Origin: the human T2T-CHM13v2.0 reference genome, Homo sapiens
Strand: one strand, 5' to 3'
Assembly (NCBI RefSeq): GCF_009914755.1
Contig: NC_060940.1
DNA length: 64,000 bases
The stretch's first letter is position 1; each line of letters begins with the position of its first letter. Of the stretch, positions 57,701 to 64,000 are shown one piece after another. The notes below the pieces were generated by a model. That model was not told where the DNA came from, ran no database searches, and saw only the letters and a list, made by a program, of their open reading frames with translations. The translations under genes were made by a program, and so were the position numbers.

Positions 57701-60700
57701 TTCCACTCGATGATGATTTCATTCGAGTCCATTCGACACTTCCAATCGATTCCATTTGATGATTCCATTCGAGTCCAATTGATGATTCCATTCAATTCCA
57801 TTCGATGATGATTCCGTACGATTCCATTCTGTGATGATTCCATGTGATTGCATTCAATGATGATTCCTTTCGATTGCATTCGATTATGATTCATTTCGTG
57901 TTCATTCTATGGTTCCACAGGTTTCCATTCGTGTCCATTCCATTATTCCATTCTATTCCATTTGATGATGATTCCATTCGATTCCATTCATTGGTGATTC
58001 CACTCAATTCCATTCAATGATTCCATTCCATTTCTTTCAACAATGATTCCATTAGTTTCTAATCGATGATCCACTTGATTCCATTTGACGACGATTCCAT
58101 TCTTGTCCATTCGATGATTCCATTTGATTCCATATGATGATGATTCCATTCGATTCCATACCATGATGATTCCATTCGAGTCCATTCAATGGTGATTCCA
58201 TTCAATTCCATTCGATGATTCCTTTCGATTCCATTCGATGATGATGGCATTCGATTCCTTTCAATCATTCCCTTTGATTCCATTCCGAGGTGATTTCATT
58301 CAAGTCCATTCGATAATTGCATTCGATTCCATTCTATGATGATTCCATTCGAGTCCATTTGATGATTCCATTCAATTCAAGTCAATGATGATTCCATTCG
58401 ATTCCATTCGATGATTCCATTGGATTCCATTCGATGATGATTCCATTCAAATCCATTCGATAATTCAATTCAAGTCCATTCGATGATGATTCCAATCGAA
58501 TCCATTCAAAGATTCCATTCAGTTCCATTCGATGATTCCCTTAGATTCCATTCGATGATTCCACTTGATTGCATTTACGATGATTCCATTCGATTCCATG
58601 TGTTGATTCCATTCAATTCTATTCAATGATGTCTCCATTTGATTCCATTCGACCATGATTGCCTTTGATTCCATTCAATGATTCCATTCGGTTCCGTTTG
58701 ATGATGATTCCGTTCGATTCCATTTGATGATTCCATTTGATTCCATTGGATGAGTCCATTCGATTACATTCGATGATTATTCCATTCGAGTGCATTAGAT
58801 GATTCCATTCGAGTCCATTCGATGATTCCATTCGATTCCATTCGATGTTGATTCTGTTCAAATCCATTCGATGATTCCACTCGATTCCATTCGTTGACTC
58901 CATTTGATCCCATTCGATGATTTCCTTTGATTCCCTTTGATGATCATTCCATTTGATTCAATTCGGTGATTTCATTTGATTCCATTCAGTGATGTTTCCA
59001 TTCGACTCCATTCGATGATGATTCCATTCGACTCCATTCGATTATGATTTCATTCAATTCCATTCGATAATGATTCCCTTCGAGTCCATTCGATGATTCC
59101 ATTCGATTCCATTCAACGATGATTTGATTCGTGTCCATTCGATGATTCCATTTGATTCCACTTGATGATGATTCCATTCGAGTCCATTTGATGATTCCAT
59201 TCAATTCCATACTCCGATGATTTCTTTTGAGCCCACTCAATGCTTCCACTCGATTCCATATGATGATGACTCCATTCGATGAAATTCGATGATGATTCCA
59301 TTCGCTTGCTTTCGATGATGATTCCACTTGAGTCCGTTAGAAGATTCTATTCAATTACATTCCATGACGATTCCGTTCGAGTCCATTTGATGATTCCATT
59401 AGACTCCATTCGACGATGATTCCATTCGATGTTATTCGATGATTCCATTCGATCTCATTCGATGATGATTCCATTCAACTCCATTCGATGTTTCCATTCG
59501 AGTTCATTCTATTATTCCATTAGATTCCATTCGATGATGATTCCATTCGATTCCATTTGATGATTGCATTCTATTTCATTTGATGATGATTCCATTCGAG
59601 TCCACTTGATGATTCCATTCGAGTCCATTTAATGAATCCATTGGTTTCAATTCTATGATGATTACATTGGATTCCATTCGTTGATGATTTCATTCGGTTC
59701 CATTCAATGATGATTCCATTCAATTCCTTTCAATGTTTCCATTCAATTCCATACGATGATGATTCCATTTGATTTGATTCGACAGTGAGCCATTCGATTC
59801 AATTCCATGATGATTCTATTTGATTCAATTGGTTGACATTTCCATTCGATTCCATTCGATGATGATTCCCTTTGATTCCGTTCAAAGATGATTCCATTCT
59901 AGCCCATTCAATCATTCCATTCGATTCTATTCAATGATGATTCCATTCATGTCGATTTGGTGATTCCATTTGACTTCATTTGATGATGATTCCTTTCAAG
60001 TTCATTAGATGATTCCATTCGATTCCATTTGATGATGATCCCATTCGAGTCCATTCAGTGATTACATTCGTTTCCATTCCATGATGATTCCATTCCTTTC
60101 CATTCAATGATTCCATTCGATTCCGTTTGATGATGATTTCATTCGAGTCCATTTGATGATTCCATTTGATTCCATTCGATGATGATTCCATTCGAGTCCA
60201 TTCGATGATTCTATTCGAATCCATTTGATGATTTCTTTTGATTATATTTGGTGATGATTCCATTGGAGTCCATTCAATGATTCCATTCTATTCCAATCGA
60301 TGATGATTCCATTAGAGTCCATTTAATGATTCCATTTGATTCCAGTCTCTGATGATTACATTCGAGTCCATACGATGATTCCACTCAATTCCATATGATG
60401 ATGATTCCATTTGATTCCATTCGGTGATTCCATTCTATTCTAATCAATGGTGATTCCATTCTATTCTATTCAATGGTGATTCCATTGGAGTACATTAGAT
60501 GATTCCATTCGATTCCATTCAATGATGATTCTATTTGTGTCCCTTAGATGATTCCACATGATTCCATTAGATGATGATACTATTTGAGCCCATCCAATGA
60601 TTCCCTTCGATTCCATTCGATGAGGATTCCATTCGATTCAATTCATTGGTGATTCTATTCAATTCAATTCTTTGATTCCATTCCATTCCATTCGACAATG

Positions 60701-60848
60701 ATTCCATTCGATTTCTTTCGATGATTCCACTCGATTCCACTTGACATTGATTCCATTCGATTCCATTCAATGATTCCATTTGATTCCAGTGGATGATGAT
60801 TGCCATCGATTCCATTCGATCACTCCATTCTATTCCATTTGATGATGA
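54711..60848 (+). repeat. Higher-order unit, 6138 bp (6112 plus a 26-bp duplication)
   Basis: Landmark spacing 54711 to 60849, with a 26-bp tandem duplication at 60423-60474. Confidence 0.88.
60423..60474 (+). repeat. 26-bp local tandem duplication
   Basis: GGTGATTCCATTCTATTCTA(A/T)TCAAT occurs twice in tandem. Confidence 0.9.
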
Positions 60849-61642
60849 TTACATTCGATTCCATTTGATGATTCCATCTGATTCTATTCGAGGATTCCAT
60901 TTGATTCCATTCGATGATGATTCCATTCGAGTCCATTCGATGATTTCATTCGAGTACATCCAATGATTCCATTCGAGTCCATTAGATGATTCCATTTGAT
61001 TCCATTTGAAAATGATTCTACTAGAGTCCATTCAATGACTCCATTCGAGTCCATTCAACAATTCCATTCGACTCCATTCGATGATTCCATTCGATTCCAT
61101 TTGCTGGTTCCATTCGCGTCCATTTAATCATTACAGTCGAGTCCGTTTGGTGATTCCACTGGATTTCTTTTGATAATGATACCATTCAATTACATTTGAT
61201 GATGATCCCATTCAATTTCATTTGATGATGATTCCATTAGAGTCCATTCGATGATTTCATTCGAGTCCCTTCATTGATTCCATCCGATTTCATTGGATGA
61301 TGACTCCATTCGAGTCCATTCGATGATTCCACTCGATTCCATTAGATGACTCCATTGGAGTCCATTTGATTGTTCCATTCGATTCCATTCGATTCCTTTC
61401 GAAGATTATTCCATTTGAGTCCATTCGATGATGATTCCATTCTATTCCATTCGATGATTCCGTTTGATTCCATTCGATGATTCCCTTCGATTCCTTTCTT
61501 TGATGATTCCATTCCATTCCATTCAATGATTCCATTCGAATCTATTCCATGATGATTCCTTTCGATTCCATTCGCTGATGTTTCCGTTCAATTCCATTCG
61601 ATGATGATTCCATTCGATTCCATTCATTGAGGATTCCATTTG

Positions 61643-61985
61643 ATTCCATTCAATGATGATTCCATTGTATTCCATTCAATGATTGCATTCAATTCCATTC
61701 AATGATTATCCCATTAGGGTAAACTCAACGATTCCATTCAATACCATTCGATGATGATTCCTTTTGAGTCCATTCAATGATTTCATTCAAGTCCATTTGA
61801 TGATTCCTTTCAATTCCATTCAATGATGATTCCATTCTATTCCATTCAATGATTGCATTCAATTCCATTCAATGATTATCCCATTAGAGTAAACTCAACG
61901 ATTCCATTCAATACCATTCGATGATGATTCCTTTTGAGTCCATTCAATGATTTCATTCAAGTCCATTTGATGATTCCTTTCAATT
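61643..61985 (+). repeat. 170-bp local tandem duplication
   Basis: GATTATCCCATTAG(G/A)GTAAACTCAACG occurs twice, 170 bp apart. Landmark spacing 61290 to 62161 is 871 versus 701 in other units. Confidence 0.92.
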
Positions 61986-64000
61986 CCATTCTATGATGAT
62001 TCCATTCGAGTCCATTCGATGATTCCATTCGATTGCATTCGATGATTCCATTATATTCCATTCAACGGTGATTCCATTCGAGTCCATTCCATGATTCCAT
62101 TAGAGTACATTTAATGATTGCTTTGTTTTCAATTCGAAGATGATTACATTGGATTCCATTCTATGATACCATTCGATTCCATTCAATGATGATTCCACTC
62201 AAATCCATTGGATGATTCCATTCGTGTCCATTCGGTGATTTCATTAGATTCCATTCGAGGATGATTCCATTCGATTCCATTCGATGATTCCATTCAATTC
62301 CATTCGTTGATGATTCCATTCCAGTCCATATGATCATTCCATTTGATTTCATTCGATGATGATTCCATTCGATTCCATTCGATGATTCCATTCTATTCCA
62401 TTCGATGATGATTCCATTCGAGTCCATTCGATGATTCCATTCGAGTCCATTTAATGATTCCATTGGGTTCAATTCAATGATGATTACATTGGATTCCGTT
62501 CTATGATTCCATTCAATTCCGTTCATTGACAATTTGATTCCATTCGATGATGATTCCATTTGAGTTCATTCGATGATTCTATTCGATTCTCTTCGATGGT
62601 GATTCAATTCTATTATATTGGATGATTCCATTCGATTCCATTTGATGTTGATTCAATTCGATTCTATTCGATGATGATTCCATTGGATTTCACTTGATGA
62701 TTCTATTCGATTCCATTCAATGATGATTCACTTCTCGTCCATTGGATGATTCCATTTCATTCCATTCGATGATGATTCCATTCGATTCCATTCGATGATT
62801 CCATTTGATTCCATGCGACGGTGAGCAATTCGATTCAATTCCATGATGATTCTATTTGATTCAATTAGATGATGTTTCCATTCGAATCCATTCCATGATT
62901 ATTCCATTGGAATCCATTCGGCGATGATTCCATATGAGTCAATTCAATGATGATTCCATATGGGTCCGTTCGATGATAATTCCATTTGATTTCATTCGAT
63001 GCTTCTATTCTATTCCAGTCGATGATGATTCCGTTGGAGTCCATACGATGATTCCATTTGATTTCATTTGATGATGATTCCATTCGATGACGATTACATT
63101 GGATTCCATTCTATGATTCCATTCAATTCCATTCGTTGATGATTCGATTCCATTCAATGATGATTCCATTTGAGTTCATTCGATGATTCTATTCGATTCC
63201 GTTCGATGGTGATTCAATTCTATTATATTGGATGATTCCACTCGATTCCATTTGATGATTATTCCATTGGAGTCCACTTAGTGAATCCTTTAGATTCTAC
63301 TCGACGATGATTCCATTCGAGTCCATTCGATGATACCATTCAATTCCATTCGTTGATGCTTCCATTCAAGTGCATTCGATGATATCATTCGATTCCATTT
63401 GATGATAATTCCATTTGATTCCATGCGATGATTCTATTCGATTCCATTCAATGATAATTCCATTCAATTCAGTGATTCCTCTGGACTCCATTTGATGATG
63501 ATTCCATTCAATGATTCCATTCGATTCTATTCGAAAATGATTCCATTTGAATCCATTTGATGATGATTCCATTAGATTCCATTTGATGATTCCATTCGAT
63601 TCCATTCGACGATGATTCCATTCGATTCCGTTTGATGATTCCATTCTATTCTATTCGATGATGATTCCATTCGATTCCATTCGATGATGATTGGATTCGA
63701 TTCCATTGGATGATTTCATTTGATTCCATTCGTTAATGATTTCGATCAATTCCATTCGATGATTCCATTCGATTCCATTCGATAATGATTACATCCGAGT
63801 CCATTCGATGATTCCCTTTGAGCCTGTTCGATAATTCCATTTGAGTCCAACCAATGATTCCATTCATTTCCATTCAATGATTCCATTCGAGTCCATTTGA
63901 TCATTCCGGTAGGGTCCATTCGATGTTGATTCCATTGGAGTGCATTCGATGATTCCATTCGAGTCCATTTTAGGATTTGATTCGAGTCCTTTCGATGATT

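Larger units (their letters stand above)
1..64000 (+). repeat. Human satellite 2 (HSat2/HSATII) tandem array, probably subfamily HSat2B (chr16q11.2-type pericentromeric heterochromatin)
   Basis: The entire window consists of degenerate GATTCCATTC / GATGATTCCATTC / GATGATGATTCCATTC words. CATTCGATTC and CATTCGAGTC are abundant and pure (CATTC)n runs are short, which indicates HSat2 rather than HSat3. Orientation is constant end to end. The ~6.1-kb period fits the known chr16 HSat2B unit; chromosome assignment is inferred. Confidence 0.97.

Noticed and set aside
285-63958. Numerous minus-strand ORFs rich in MESSSNGIEWNHR-like text, up to 165 aa at 39018-39515
   Set aside because: They are translations of GAATGGAATC/ATCATC words. 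The minus strand is ATG-rich and stop-poor, while the plus strand has TGA in all frames. The ORFs overlap in several frames and are broken at random between units, so they were used only as positional landmarks.
1-64000. CRISPR-like or diversity-generating repeat/spacer system
   Set aside because: There are no constant repeats with unique spacers and no associated genes; everything is degenerate satellite repeating at kb scale.
1-64000. HSat3 or alpha satellite, including CENP-B boxes or the HSF1 stress-body satellite
   Set aside because: No long (CATTC)n runs and no 171-bp alphoid monomer sequence; CATTCGATTC with GATGAT spacers identifies HSat2.
1-64000. Inversions or Alu/L1 insertions
   Set aside because: No GGAAT-dominated plus-strand segment, poly-A tail or non-satellite stretch was seen by eye; very short events could have been missed.

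Overview
The whole 64 kb window is one uninterrupted, single-orientation array of human classical satellite 2 (HSat2/HSATII). It is a CATTC/ATTCC-derived repeat with the HSat2 signature CATTCGATTC and GATGAT spacers, and ATTCC is on the + strand throughout. The array is organised as a ~6.11-kb higher-order unit (cleanest period 6112 bp). That period matches the unit known for the HSat2B array of chromosome 16q pericentromeric heterochromatin; this placement is an inference. I see no genes, RNA genes, transposons, CRISPR arrays or inversions, and all listed ORFs are translation artefacts of the satellite. I found no new protein-coding system. The interest is structural: 4130-bp and 6844-bp tandem duplications, a ~1.8-kb non-canonical HSat2 block, recurrent 570-bp and 170-bp deletions, a 170-bp duplication, interleaved unit lineages, indels quantised to 3/10/13/16-bp words, and a perfect DUX4-consensus site in each copy of one segment of the unit. 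Offsets were derived by hand from the ORF track and landmark k-mers, so breakpoints are approximate to tens of bp.
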